DNA of 64,000 nt, taken from positions 1,917-65,916 of the IMG/VR virus record IMGVR_UViG_3300042346_000266. One strand, given 5' to 3'. This document shows, in pieces, positions 48,534-55,898 of the stretch. The translations under genes and the position numbers were made by a program. Source of the stretch: a virus. Its lineage: Duplodnaviria > Caudoviricetes. The notes under the pieces are model-generated. The model was not told the DNA's origin, did no database searches, and saw only the letters and a list, made by a program, of their open reading frames with translations. Positions within the stretch are counted from its first letter, which is position 1. Each line of letters starts with the position of its first letter.

Positions 48534-48707
48534 ATGCTAAATTTATCTAAATCTGAAATTACAACGCTTTACTGTTCGCTATCGACGACAACAGCAAATT
48601 TAAAAATGCAATACGAATCGATCGATATCCAATCTGATATGCAATCGCATTTGCTTTATCTGACTGAATTACAAAATAAATTATTATTAGCTTTAATCGA
48701 GCAATAA
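48534..48707 (+). CDS. 57-aa early hypothetical protein
   Basis: Hand-called ORF MLNLSKSE... after repeat 1. Confidence 0.6.
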   Translation: MLNLSKSEITTLYCSLSTTTANLKMQYESIDIQSDMQSHLLYLTELQNKLLLALIEQ

Positions 48708-48711
48708 TAAT

Positions 48712-48746
48712 TTACAGTCTGAACACTAGATTAAAATGATAATATA
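48712..48746 (+). promoter_or_regulatory. early promoter-like repeat 2
   Basis: TTACAGTCTGAACACTAGATTAAAATGATAATATA. Confidence 0.75.
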
Positions 48747-48788
48747 GTTGAATATAAATAATAATAATAACTAAATAAATAAATTAAA

Positions 48789-48968
48789 ATGTTAAAATTA
48801 AAAATCAATCAGAATTTCAAGTCTTTAATTAATTCAATATTAATTAATTCAAACAAACTGAATCATTCGTTTTATATATTAAACGACAATTTAATAATAA
48901 ATAAAAACGATCTAGACGAAGTAGATAATATACTGAACAGAAATTTTTATAAATATTCTATCAGATAG
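48789..48968 (+). CDS. 59-aa early hypothetical protein
   Basis: Hand-called ORF MLKLKINQ... after repeat 2. Confidence 0.55.
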   Translation: MLKLKINQNFKSLINSILINSNKLNHSFYILNDNLIINKNDLDEVDNILNRNFYKYSIR

Positions 48969-49037
48969 ATAATAATAATAACCTAGTCAAGTTATAAAAC
49001 TGACTATATTAAATAATAACTAAATAAATAAATAATC

Positions 49038-49271
49038 ATGAAATTAACAGAAAAAGATTTACAGACTACAGTTGAAACATTAATAACAGAAAGTAATTAT
49101 GGCGCTAATCAAGAATTTAAAATAACAGAAGAACTAGAAGAATGGATAGCTGATCAATCTGGATTATTAAGAAATTATGACACTGTAACAGAACAATATA
49201 CAGAATCCATAACAGAATGGTTGTTTAGAATATATGACTTCTTTGAATATAATATATTTGAAGTAGAATAA
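49038..49271 (+). CDS. acidic early hypothetical protein
   Basis: ORF with A-rich leader. Confidence 0.65.
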   Translation: MKLTEKDLQTTVETLITESNYGANQEFKITEELEEWIADQSGLLRNYDTVTEQYTESITEWLFRIYDFFEYNIFEVE

Positions 49272-49278
49272 ATAAATC

Positions 49279-49302
49279 AAGGATCCTAGTAATAGGATCT
49301 TT
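49279..49302 (+). terminator. hairpin terminator candidate
   Basis: AAGGATCCTA-GTAA-TAGGATCTTT. Confidence 0.55.
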
Positions 49303-49340
49303 GTATGTATAGCATTGCGTATAGCATCCGTTAGATCTAT

Positions 49341-49375
49341 CTACAGTCTAGATACGACGAGTATTTGATAATATA
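49341..49375 (+). promoter_or_regulatory. early promoter-like repeat 3
   Basis: CTACAGTCTAGATACGACGAGTATTTGATAATATA. Confidence 0.75.
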
Positions 49376-49434
49376 GATGTAAGTAACAAAATAATAATAA
49401 TAACAAAATAATAAATTTAATAAAATTATAGTTC

Positions 49435-49469
49435 TTACAGTCTGAACACTAACAGTAATTGATAATAAT
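49435..49469 (+). promoter_or_regulatory. early promoter-like repeat 4
   Basis: TTACAGTCTGAACACTAACAGTAATTGATAATAAT. Confidence 0.75.
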
Positions 49470-49505
49470 GATGAATCTAATTAATAACAACTAAAAATTA
49501 AAACT

Positions 49506-49724
49506 ATGAATGTAAACAAAGAATTATTAAAAAGAATTGAAGATTTAAGATCTTTTTGTGAAGTACATGGATTTCCATTACATGAAGTACTTGAAGAAGA
49601 ACTCGAGTATTATAGAAAAGATATACTAACGAGATTTTCAAAAACAGTCTTTGACATGATCCCGGTAACTGATGAACATTTCAGAATGATCGAAGTAGAA
49701 TATGAAAGCTACTTACAAGACTAA
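49506..49724 (+). CDS. early hypothetical protein
   Basis: ORF after repeat 4; stop lies within repeat 5. Confidence 0.65.
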   Translation: MNVNKELLKRIEDLRSFCEVHGFPLHEVLEEELEYYRKDILTRFSKTVFDMIPVTDEHFRMIEVEYESYLQD

Positions 49725-49747
49725 TACGAATAGTAATTGATAATAAT
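49713..49747 (+). promoter_or_regulatory. early promoter-like repeat 5
   Basis: TTACAAGACTAATACGAATAGTAATTGATAATAAT. Confidence 0.7.
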
Positions 49748-49783
49748 AATGTAATTAATAATAATCTAATAAATAATAAAATC

Positions 49784-50161
49784 ATGAACAAATTTAAAAA
49801 AGAAAAAGTAGAAGTAGTTGAAGTTGTAGAAGTAGTAAAAACTTCAAAAGAATTAATCTCTGAAGCTATCTCGAAGCTCAGTCCAGAAGAGCTAGCTGTT
49901 ATCTATCCGCCGATCGAAAGAGCTAACTTTGTAGTCAGAAAGTCTTGGCTAGGACGTAATCAAGTGATAACATTCGTTAATAACAAGAATCAACGAATAA
50001 CTTACAATCACGACGAAGTACTAAGAATTATGCTACCGAAGCTATCTATAATGCCATGTTGGATCAAACGTGAGTACTGGTCACAATCGACGGATATGCC
50101 AAGTAATGTTAGACACTTAGCTAAAGTAGAAAATTTGGATGTAGTTGAGGTGGCCGAATAG
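49784..50161 (+). CDS. early hypothetical protein
   Basis: ORF after repeat 5. Confidence 0.7.
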   Translation: MNKFKKEKVEVVEVVEVVKTSKELISEAISKLSPEELAVIYPPIERANFVVRKSWLGRNQVITFVNNKNQRITYNHDEVLRIMLPKLSIMPCWIKREYWSQSTDMPSNVRHLAKVENLDVVEVAE

Positions 50162-50170
50162 GCCCCTCTT

Positions 50171-50205
50171 CTACAACCTAAGTACGAAGTAGAAACGATA
50201 ATAAT
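50171..50205 (+). promoter_or_regulatory. early promoter-like repeat 6 (divergent)
   Basis: CTACAACCTAAGTACGAAGTAGAAACGATAATAAT. Confidence 0.6.
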
Positions 50206-50227
50206 AATGAATCTAAAAACAAATATC

Positions 50228-50581
50228 ATGAATAAAGAATTTAAAAATCTATACCTAGGAACAATTCTAGGTATGTTAGCTGGATCAATTGCAACAGCGT
50301 TAGTGCTATACACAGATAATGCAAAAGAAGTCCCTAAAGAGCCTGTAATCATCTGGAATGATGATGAAGAGTCAATACCTATGGATCACTCAGCTATAAT
50401 GCTAGAGTTTACTAAGAATGATACCATATACATCGGACCTATGGAAGACCCATCAGAGTCACCAGAGTATCAATTTATAGTGACTGACGACTCTATATCA
50501 GTCAAAGACTTCAATAGACACGTTGGTACAGTAAAAATCGAAGGACAATTAAGAAACCTAATAAATAAAGATAATGAATAA
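50228..50581 (+). CDS. early membrane-anchored hypothetical protein
   Basis: N-terminal TM segment; second ATG preferred given the promoter position. Confidence 0.65.
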   Translation: MNKEFKNLYLGTILGMLAGSIATALVLYTDNAKEVPKEPVIIWNDDEESIPMDHSAIMLEFTKNDTIYIGPMEDPSESPEYQFIVTDDSISVKDFNRHVGTVKIEGQLRNLINKDNE

Positions 50582-50590
50582 ATAAAAAAG

Positions 50591-50636
50591 TGTGACGTTA
50601 GCCTACTATTAACCTAATTAAGTACCTAATGTCACA
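50591..50636. repeat. TGTGAC-N34-GTCACA element B
   Basis: TGTGACGTTAGCCTACT...GTCACACTTT. Confidence 0.8.
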
Positions 50637-50760
50637 CTTTATGATGGAATTTTAGTGCTATACACACGGCCTGACCTTGAAATAGAGTCGGAAGAGTAGA
50701 CTCCGACCTACTTTATAGTTAAAGTTGCTATACACAAACAGGTGAACGATCAAAATATAG

Positions 50761-50806
50761 TGTGACGTTAGCCCTTTACTTATTTACTTAATTAGCTTAT
50801 GTCACA
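50761..50806. repeat. TGTGAC-N34-GTCACA element C
   Basis: TGTGACGTTAGCCCTTT...GTCACATTTT. Confidence 0.8.
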
Positions 50807-50879
50807 TTTTATACTCAAACTATCCTTATTTACCGCGAGGGGGTACCCCGAGCGTGTATAGCATCCTCGCGTTACACTT

Positions 50880-50914
50880 TTACAGTCTAAATACGACCTC
50901 AATTTGATAATATA
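50880..50914 (+). promoter_or_regulatory. early promoter-like repeat 7
   Basis: TTACAGTCTAAATACGACCTCAATTTGATAATATA. Confidence 0.75.
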
Positions 50915-51039
50915 TGTGTAACAAACAATAAATAATATGATTTAAAAGTGTCCTGAGTGTTTTATAACACACTGTAAATGAAGATGTTAGGGGTTATACC
51001 CATCTAACTATATTTTCGATCAAATAAACAACCACCTGC

Positions 51040-51074
51040 TTACAGTCTGGTTACGACCTTAAAATGATAATATA
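51040..51074 (+). promoter_or_regulatory. early promoter-like repeat 8
   Basis: TTACAGTCTGGTTACGACCTTAAAATGATAATATA. Confidence 0.75.
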
Positions 51075-51105
51075 AGTGTAACAATAACAAGTAAATACAA
51101 CAATT

Positions 51106-51204
51106 ATGAGACAGTATTCCAATGCTATTAGGGTGATAGTATTAAAACTTAAAAAAGGCTTCTTAAATGGCGCTAAAAACGCTTCTATTGCGATGCGAAA
51201 CTAA
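51106..51204 (+). CDS. 32-aa basic peptide
   Basis: Hand-called ORF MRQYSNAIRV... directly after repeat 8. Confidence 0.45.
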   Translation: MRQYSNAIRVIVLKLKKGFLNGAKNASIAMRN

Positions 51205-51230
51205 TTAATTAACAACTTAAATTAAAAATT

Positions 51231-51464
51231 ATGACTAGATTAGAGTGGTTTGACTTACAACCGGAGTATGTTCAAAATAAAATTAAAGATAACTGTAGCA
51301 TATTTAATAGAACTAATGATTTCTTTGATTATTGGGTTAATTTAAAAAATAATAGTGGATTGATGGGTGCATTTGCGTTCTCTGATACTATTGAAGGTTG
51401 GGATTTCTGGTATGATATCCATGTTAAAATGATTGAATGTAGTAAATTTATTAAAGTATGTTAA
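51231..51464 (+). CDS. early hypothetical protein
   Basis: AF.FSDT.EG.DFW motif. Confidence 0.65.
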   Translation: MTRLEWFDLQPEYVQNKIKDNCSIFNRTNDFFDYWVNLKNNSGLMGAFAFSDTIEGWDFWYDIHVKMIECSKFIKVC

Positions 51465-51640
51465 GTGACTGTTGTGGTGCATATTCCGAGTATGCCGATG
51501 ATATAGATATTTGTCCTGATTGTTTAGAGCATTGTGAGTTTTATGATGAGGATGAAGAACTATGCGAGCATGACTTTATACCCGTAAACAATGACGGAAA
51601 ACATAAATGCAGATTTTGTAATGAATTAGAAAACAATTAA
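51458..51640 (+). CDS. small Cys-rich zinc-finger-like protein
   Basis: SDCCGA...CPDCLEHC...C.H...C..C. Confidence 0.65.
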   Translation: MLSDCCGAYSEYADDIDICPDCLEHCEFYDEDEELCEHDFIPVNNDGKHKCRFCNELENN

Positions 51641-51644
51641 AATT

Positions 51645-51809
51645 ATGAAAGAGTATAAAATAGAAATTGTAGAAACCATTTGTAGAATAGTTACCGTTGA
51701 AGCACAATCTGATGAAGAGGCAATGAGTAAAGTTAGGGACGATTATAACAATGCTGAAATTGTTTTAGATTACGACGATTTTCTAGATGTAGAATTTAAT
51801 TTTATATAA
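51645..51809 (+). CDS. DpnD/PcfM-like small protein
   Basis: Hand translation MKEYKIEIVETICRIVTVEAQSDEEAMSKVRDDYNNAEIVLDYDDFLDVEFNFI. Confidence 0.7.
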   Translation: MKEYKIEIVETICRIVTVEAQSDEEAMSKVRDDYNNAEIVLDYDDFLDVEFNFI

Positions 51810-51811
51810 TT

Positions 51812-52030
51812 ATGGAACATGAAATCATAGAATATTGTAACCCTTGCTTTCCTGATATTCCTTATTATAGGTGTACTATTAAAGGTGAAACATATCATCA
51901 CACCGATCTTAGTAAGATAGTTGATTGGCGTCAAGATAGAATTATTAATGCTAATAAATATGCGAAAATGAAGCAATCAAATGACGAAGCAATGGCATTG
52001 TTTATGGAGGATGTAAAGTTTAAAGATTAA
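51812..52030 (+). CDS. early hypothetical protein
   Basis: ORF in packed operon. Confidence 0.65.
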   Translation: MEHEIIEYCNPCFPDIPYYRCTIKGETYHHTDLSKIVDWRQDRIINANKYAKMKQSNDEAMALFMEDVKFKD

Positions 52031-52031
52031 C

Positions 52032-52066
52032 TTACAGTCTTAACACGTACCTACTTTGATAATATA
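52032..52066 (+). promoter_or_regulatory. early promoter-like repeat 9
   Basis: TTACAGTCTTAACACGTACCTACTTTGATAATATA. Confidence 0.75.
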
Positions 52067-52090
52067 AATGTAACCAATAAATAATAAATT

Positions 52091-52279
52091 ATGAAATTAA
52101 CGTTAAAAAGATTTGAGGCTTTAGTTATATTAGAGTCGTTAGATATTTTATATGACCAACATTCTTCGTTATATAATGATGCTTTGGAAGCTAAAGACAA
52201 ACAACAAATACGTAGAGTATTACACACTATGCTGGCTATTGAAGAGATCCAAGGGGAAATCAATTTAAAACTTAAATAA
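52091..52279 (+). CDS. early hypothetical protein
   Basis: ORF after repeat 9. Confidence 0.65.
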   Translation: MKLTLKRFEALVILESLDILYDQHSSLYNDALEAKDKQQIRRVLHTMLAIEEIQGEINLKLK

Positions 52280-52288
52280 TAATATACC

Positions 52289-52471
52289 ATGAAAAAATCA
52301 ATCAAGTTTCTTAAGAACAATTTAATCCTAGTAGGCGGCGTGCTATACACACCTTACCTCATTGGCGATCTACCACCTAGTTTTGCTTTCATCTACAGTG
52401 AAGATCAAGATACCGACGGCATCCGTGAGTGGTTCAATTTTAAAGGTTTAACCTATATAATCAAGAAGTAA
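52289..52471 (+). CDS. early hypothetical protein
   Basis: Packed ORF. Confidence 0.65.
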   Translation: MKKSIKFLKNNLILVGGVLYTPYLIGDLPPSFAFIYSEDQDTDGIREWFNFKGLTYIIKK

Positions 52472-52472
52472 T

Positions 52473-52721
52473 ATGATAACAATAGCGAACAACATGAAAG
52501 AAGCGTGTCAATATCTTGAAGAAAAGAAAGCACGTAACAGAGCTAACCGTATAAATGCAGTTAATACTGATGGCATGTGTAAAAGTTTTACTAATGAAGA
52601 CTATAAGCAAGTAAAGATCAAAATGAAATCATCATACGGTGCAAAAGCGAAAGCACATAGCCGTAGTGCATACTGGAACCATTACCACTTAACTAAACAA
52701 GAACTAATAAACAAATATTAA
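52473..52721 (+). CDS. early basic hypothetical protein
   Basis: Packed ORF. Confidence 0.65.
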   Translation: MITIANNMKEACQYLEEKKARNRANRINAVNTDGMCKSFTNEDYKQVKIKMKSSYGAKAKAHSRSAYWNHYHLTKQELINKY

Positions 52722-52740
52722 TATTAAAACAAAAGAAATT

Positions 52741-52989
52741 ATGAGTGTAAGATTAAAAATAGAAAACGCAGATGAATTAATACAAATGAGAGAATTGCAA
52801 GACGGGCAAATAGCAATCATTGTAGGGTCTGGTTATAACGGTAGAATAGTACAAAGATATAAAGATTATGGAGTGCCAATTGGTAGACATTCAGGTCAGG
52901 GATGGACAAGTATTGAAAACAATACTCTACCAGTTAGGGTATTAACCACCGGTGAATTAATAGAAGTATTCGATAATGTTCAAGAATAA
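52741..52989 (+). CDS. early hypothetical protein
   Basis: Packed ORF. Confidence 0.65.
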   Translation: MSVRLKIENADELIQMRELQDGQIAIIVGSGYNGRIVQRYKDYGVPIGRHSGQGWTSIENNTLPVRVLTTGELIEVFDNVQE

Positions 52990-53197
52990 ATATATTGCAA
53001 TGCGCAATCAAGGTATTATAGATGCTCAATTGTTATATATTTATGCTATAGATAAAGGCTTTAAATATGGAATTAATGAATTTATAATTTGCTTAAACCA
53101 CTCCGATATAACATACATAATTAATATACTTGATAGCGAATTTGAATTAACTAGACTATACGATAAAAACGATAAATTCATAAAAATAATAAAATAA
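52976..53197 (+). CDS. early hypothetical protein
   Basis: Packed ORF. Confidence 0.65.
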   Translation: MFKNKYIAMRNQGIIDAQLLYIYAIDKGFKYGINEFIICLNHSDITYIINILDSEFELTRLYDKNDKFIKIIK

Positions 53198-53198
53198 T

Positions 53199-53366
53199 AT
53201 GGAAAATAATAATTCAGCATTTCAAGATACATTAGCATTCGAAGTATGGATGCGCGACACAATAAAATCCGTACATTATGCAGACAACAATAGAATGGCG
53301 GAAGCTTACGATAGAGTATTTAATAACAGTATTGAATTAAAATTATATGAGAGTGCTAAGCGATAA
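53199..53366 (+). CDS. 55-aa early hypothetical protein
   Basis: Hand-called ORF MENNNSAFQD... filling the gap. Confidence 0.6.
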   Translation: MENNNSAFQDTLAFEVWMRDTIKSVHYADNNRMAEAYDRVFNNSIELKLYESAKR

Positions 53367-53568
53367 AGAATCAAATTTAATTAAGTTAGCAGTATATGAG
53401 GGTATTGACAAGATCTCCGATAGATTATGGACTGACTTTAAAATCTGTGAATCCAAATTAACGTCATTACAAGTTAATAGGTTCAATGAATTTGAAGATC
53501 TGCTATACACGTTTCTTTGTGAGCTCGCCGAAGATCACGGTGTCTTACAGTCTCAATACGACCAATAA
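53347..53568 (+). CDS. early hypothetical protein
   Basis: ORF ending inside repeat 10. Confidence 0.65.
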   Translation: MRVLSDKESNLIKLAVYEGIDKISDRLWTDFKICESKLTSLQVNRFNEFEDLLYTFLCELAEDHGVLQSQYDQ

Positions 53569-53579
53569 TTGATAATATA
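53545..53579 (+). promoter_or_regulatory. early promoter-like repeat 10
   Basis: TTACAGTCTCAATACGACCAATAATTGATAATATA. Confidence 0.75.
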
Positions 53580-53604
53580 AATGTAACCAATAAAATATAA
53601 TATA

Positions 53605-54003
53605 ATGGAAAAAATTAATGACCTATTTGACCAAGAAATAATCCGTGTAAACGACTCTTTCCCAAGTGTATATACTAAAGACGATGTTATACATTTATTA
53701 AGCACATTGCGCACTCAAACACTATATGAAGCCGCAGAATTAAAATCAACATCTACCATAAGCGAAAAGTTGTTCACTGAATTTCAAACTAAAGTTAGAG
53801 ATGAAATGGAAGAGTATTTAAATATGAATGACCATAACTTAGTCGTTTTCGATAGTGCTGAATTTAATTTAAATTATAATAATGTTGTAGAATTAGAGCG
53901 AGTAGATATTAATGTAGACGATATTTCAGAAAAATTAGATGATGTAATGTTAAAATATATTGAAAAAGTATTTGGTAATTTATTAATCTTAGACCAACAA
54001 TAA
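53605..54003 (+). CDS. acidic early hypothetical protein
   Basis: ORF after repeat 10. Confidence 0.7.
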   Translation: MEKINDLFDQEIIRVNDSFPSVYTKDDVIHLLSTLRTQTLYEAAELKSTSTISEKLFTEFQTKVRDEMEEYLNMNDHNLVVFDSAEFNLNYNNVVELERVDINVDDISEKLDDVMLKYIEKVFGNLLILDQQ

Positions 54004-54004
54004 T

Positions 54005-54250
54005 ATGGCAAAAGTAAAAAACAGTAGTACAGAAGTTCCTAAATGGTTTGATGGTAAAATATATCCAACAGGGCAACTTGTAACAAATCCGTTTTCAGGT
54101 GATACTGTTGCACTAAACAATATAGAAACAAGCATATATGATTTTATTATAGGGGTTGCTTATTCAGGTAAATACCATAAAAATTTTGATCGTGCTAGAT
54201 ATTGGTTTGCTGAAGTAAACTCTGAAGCTTATATGAAATTATTAGACTAA
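54005..54250 (+). CDS. conserved-looking phage hypothetical protein
   Basis: V.NPFSG...IYD.I.G...WF...N.EAYM.LLD pattern. Confidence 0.7.
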   Translation: MAKVKNSSTEVPKWFDGKIYPTGQLVTNPFSGDTVALNNIETSIYDFIIGVAYSGKYHKNFDRARYWFAEVNSEAYMKLLD

Positions 54251-54264
54251 TTAAAAAAAACAAT

Positions 54265-54702
54265 ATGAACTTAACAAACTTAGTAGATGAATTAGGATTA
54301 ACTGGCGGGTTCAGTTATAATATAACAACTGGTGAATCAACACCTTCCAATGGCTATATGGTTAGCTTACACGGCTATGAAATGGTTATACCATCTGATA
54401 TATTCCATGCTAAAGATATTAGAGACTACGTAAGCAACAATGCAGCTCAATTATACAGAGAAGATCTGTTTATGGGCGGCTGGATAAAAGATGATAAAGT
54501 ATACTTAGATGTAAGTGTTAATATACTTGACCTTGAAACCGCAGTGTATACTGGTATGGTTAATAACCAACAAAGCATATATGACGTTGTTAACAAAATA
54601 TCATTAATGTTGCCATCCCCTCAGCGATCTGGTACTATGTCTCAAAATCGTACGTATAACGCAAGAAAAGCTAAAGACTTTGCAAATAATTATATACTAT
54701 AA
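54265..54702 (+). CDS. hypothetical protein (G.W....VYLDVS...NQ.SIYD family)
   Basis: ORF with a recurring phage motif. Confidence 0.65.
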   Translation: MNLTNLVDELGLTGGFSYNITTGESTPSNGYMVSLHGYEMVIPSDIFHAKDIRDYVSNNAAQLYREDLFMGGWIKDDKVYLDVSVNILDLETAVYTGMVNNQQSIYDVVNKISLMLPSPQRSGTMSQNRTYNARKAKDFANNYIL

Positions 54703-54950
54703 TGGATTTAGATTTAGTTGAAAAATTGAATATTGAGAGTAGTTCAATATCTGAAGCATCATATTATCCTAATGTTAGAAGACTATTTGTAACATTTAGA
54801 AGCGGGAAAGAATATGAATATTTTAATGTTCCTGAACATGTTGTTAATGAATTTAGATATGCACCATCTAAAGGCAAATTTCTAAAGAAACATATTATAG
54901 CTTGTTATAAATTTAAGAAAGTACAGTTGCTATACACTCCGGATTTGTAA
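54702..54950 (+). CDS. KTSC domain protein
   Basis: SS.I....Y......L.V.F.SG..Y.Y..VP......F..A.SKG.F....I. Confidence 0.85.
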   Translation: MDLDLVEKLNIESSSISEASYYPNVRRLFVTFRSGKEYEYFNVPEHVVNEFRYAPSKGKFLKKHIIACYKFKKVQLLYTPDL

Positions 54951-54957
54951 GCAACTA

Positions 54958-55131
54958 TAATGACCTGTACCCTTGAAATACTCATTCAGATAGCAGGTTA
55001 GTTCGAAATAAAAGGGTAATAGAATAAGAACAAAATGTTGATCATCTGGGGTTACGTAAAGTTTGCCGGAACGGATCCAAGGTTGTAACCAAAATGCGTA
55101 TAAGAGAAAAACCGGTTCGCAGATCAACAAA
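54958..55131 (+). ncRNA. candidate structured ncRNA(s): pseudoknot plus multi-stem junction
   Basis: No plus-strand ORF; GC-elevated; several 6-8 bp complementary segments. Confidence 0.45.
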
Positions 55132-55132
55132 A

Positions 55133-55223
55133 GAACTAAGCGTGGGCTAAATTGATACAGTGGCTTAAGTTATCATGGCATGCAACCGACGGGTTAAGGG
55201 GTTCGATTCCCCTTTTAGTTCCA
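55133..55223 (+). ncRNA. tRNA-like RNA (canonical T-arm and acceptor stem, atypical D/anticodon region)
   Basis: GAACTAAG/TTTAGTTC stem ending ..CCA; AGGGG-TTCGATT-CCCCT T-arm; AACC-GACG-GGTT variable-arm-like hairpin. Confidence 0.6.
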
Positions 55224-55235
55224 AAATTTATTATT

Positions 55236-55394
55236 ATGAGTAGAACAGTAAAACAAGCATACAGAAAGTCTAGAGCTTTTGATAAGTCATGTAGAAATCA
55301 TGGTAGTTGTGCATATTGTACAGGCAATAGATTACATAAACATAACAAAAAGTTAGAAGCAACAACTTACAGTCTAAACACGATAGACGATTGA
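55236..55394 (+). CDS. 52-aa basic Cys/His protein
   Basis: Start reassigned to MSRTVK; D.SCRNHG.C.YC..NR motif. Confidence 0.7.
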   Translation: MSRTVKQAYRKSRAFDKSCRNHGSCAYCTGNRLHKHNKKLEATTYSLNTIDD

Positions 55395-55401
55395 TAATAT
55401 T
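55367..55401 (+). promoter_or_regulatory. early promoter-like repeat 11
   Basis: TTACAGTCTAAACACGATAGACGATTGATAATATT. Confidence 0.75.
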
Positions 55402-55423
55402 AGTGTAACCAATTAAATTATAT

Positions 55424-55897
55424 ATGAATATATTTTATCTATCCACGGATCCTAAAAAAGCTGCTAAATACATGTATAACAAACATGTAGTAAAAATGAT
55501 CCTTGAATCCGCACAATTATTATGTACCGCTCATGTAATATCTGACGGTCCAGATGCTAATGTGCCCTATAAAGTAACTCACAAAAATCATCCATCCGCT
55601 ATATGGGCACGTGAGTCAAAATCTAATTACAAATGGTTGTATGACCATATGATTGCATTAGGTGAAGAATATACTAGACGTTATGGCAAAAAACATTTAA
55701 CAATATTAAAATGTAGTGGTGTACTTAGTAAAGTGCCGACTAATATAATTAAAGTTGATCCAACACCTATGCCTCAATGTATGCCTGACCAATATAAAGT
55801 TCCCGGTAATAGCGTTGAAGCATACTGGAATTATTACGAAGCAGAAAAAGTTAGTGTAAAAAATGCAAACGAAAATATAATAACAAGGCCTAAATAA
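55424..55897 (+). CDS. pyrimidine dimer DNA glycosylase/endonuclease V-like protein
   Basis: MNIFYL...KHVVKMILESAQLL.TAH...H.NHP...W...EY..RYGK.H. Confidence 0.75.
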   Translation: MNIFYLSTDPKKAAKYMYNKHVVKMILESAQLLCTAHVISDGPDANVPYKVTHKNHPSAIWARESKSNYKWLYDHMIALGEEYTRRYGKKHLTILKCSGVLSKVPTNIIKVDPTPMPQCMPDQYKVPGNSVEAYWNYYEAEKVSVKNANENIITRPK

Positions 55898-55898
55898 T

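Noticed and set aside
55036-55129. SAM-I riboswitch (ATC...AACC...TGC...AGAT similarity)
   Set aside because: P3 pairing and kink-turn/pseudoknot consensus are missing
55133-55223. Selenocysteine/opal-suppressor or Met tRNA (TCA/CAT triplets present)
   Set aside because: No 5-bp anticodon stem with a 7-nt loop and no canonical D-arm can be drawn
55152-55235. N-terminal extension of the 80-aa ORF
   Set aside because: Overlaps the tRNA-like element; ATG at 55236 has a typical A/T-rich leader
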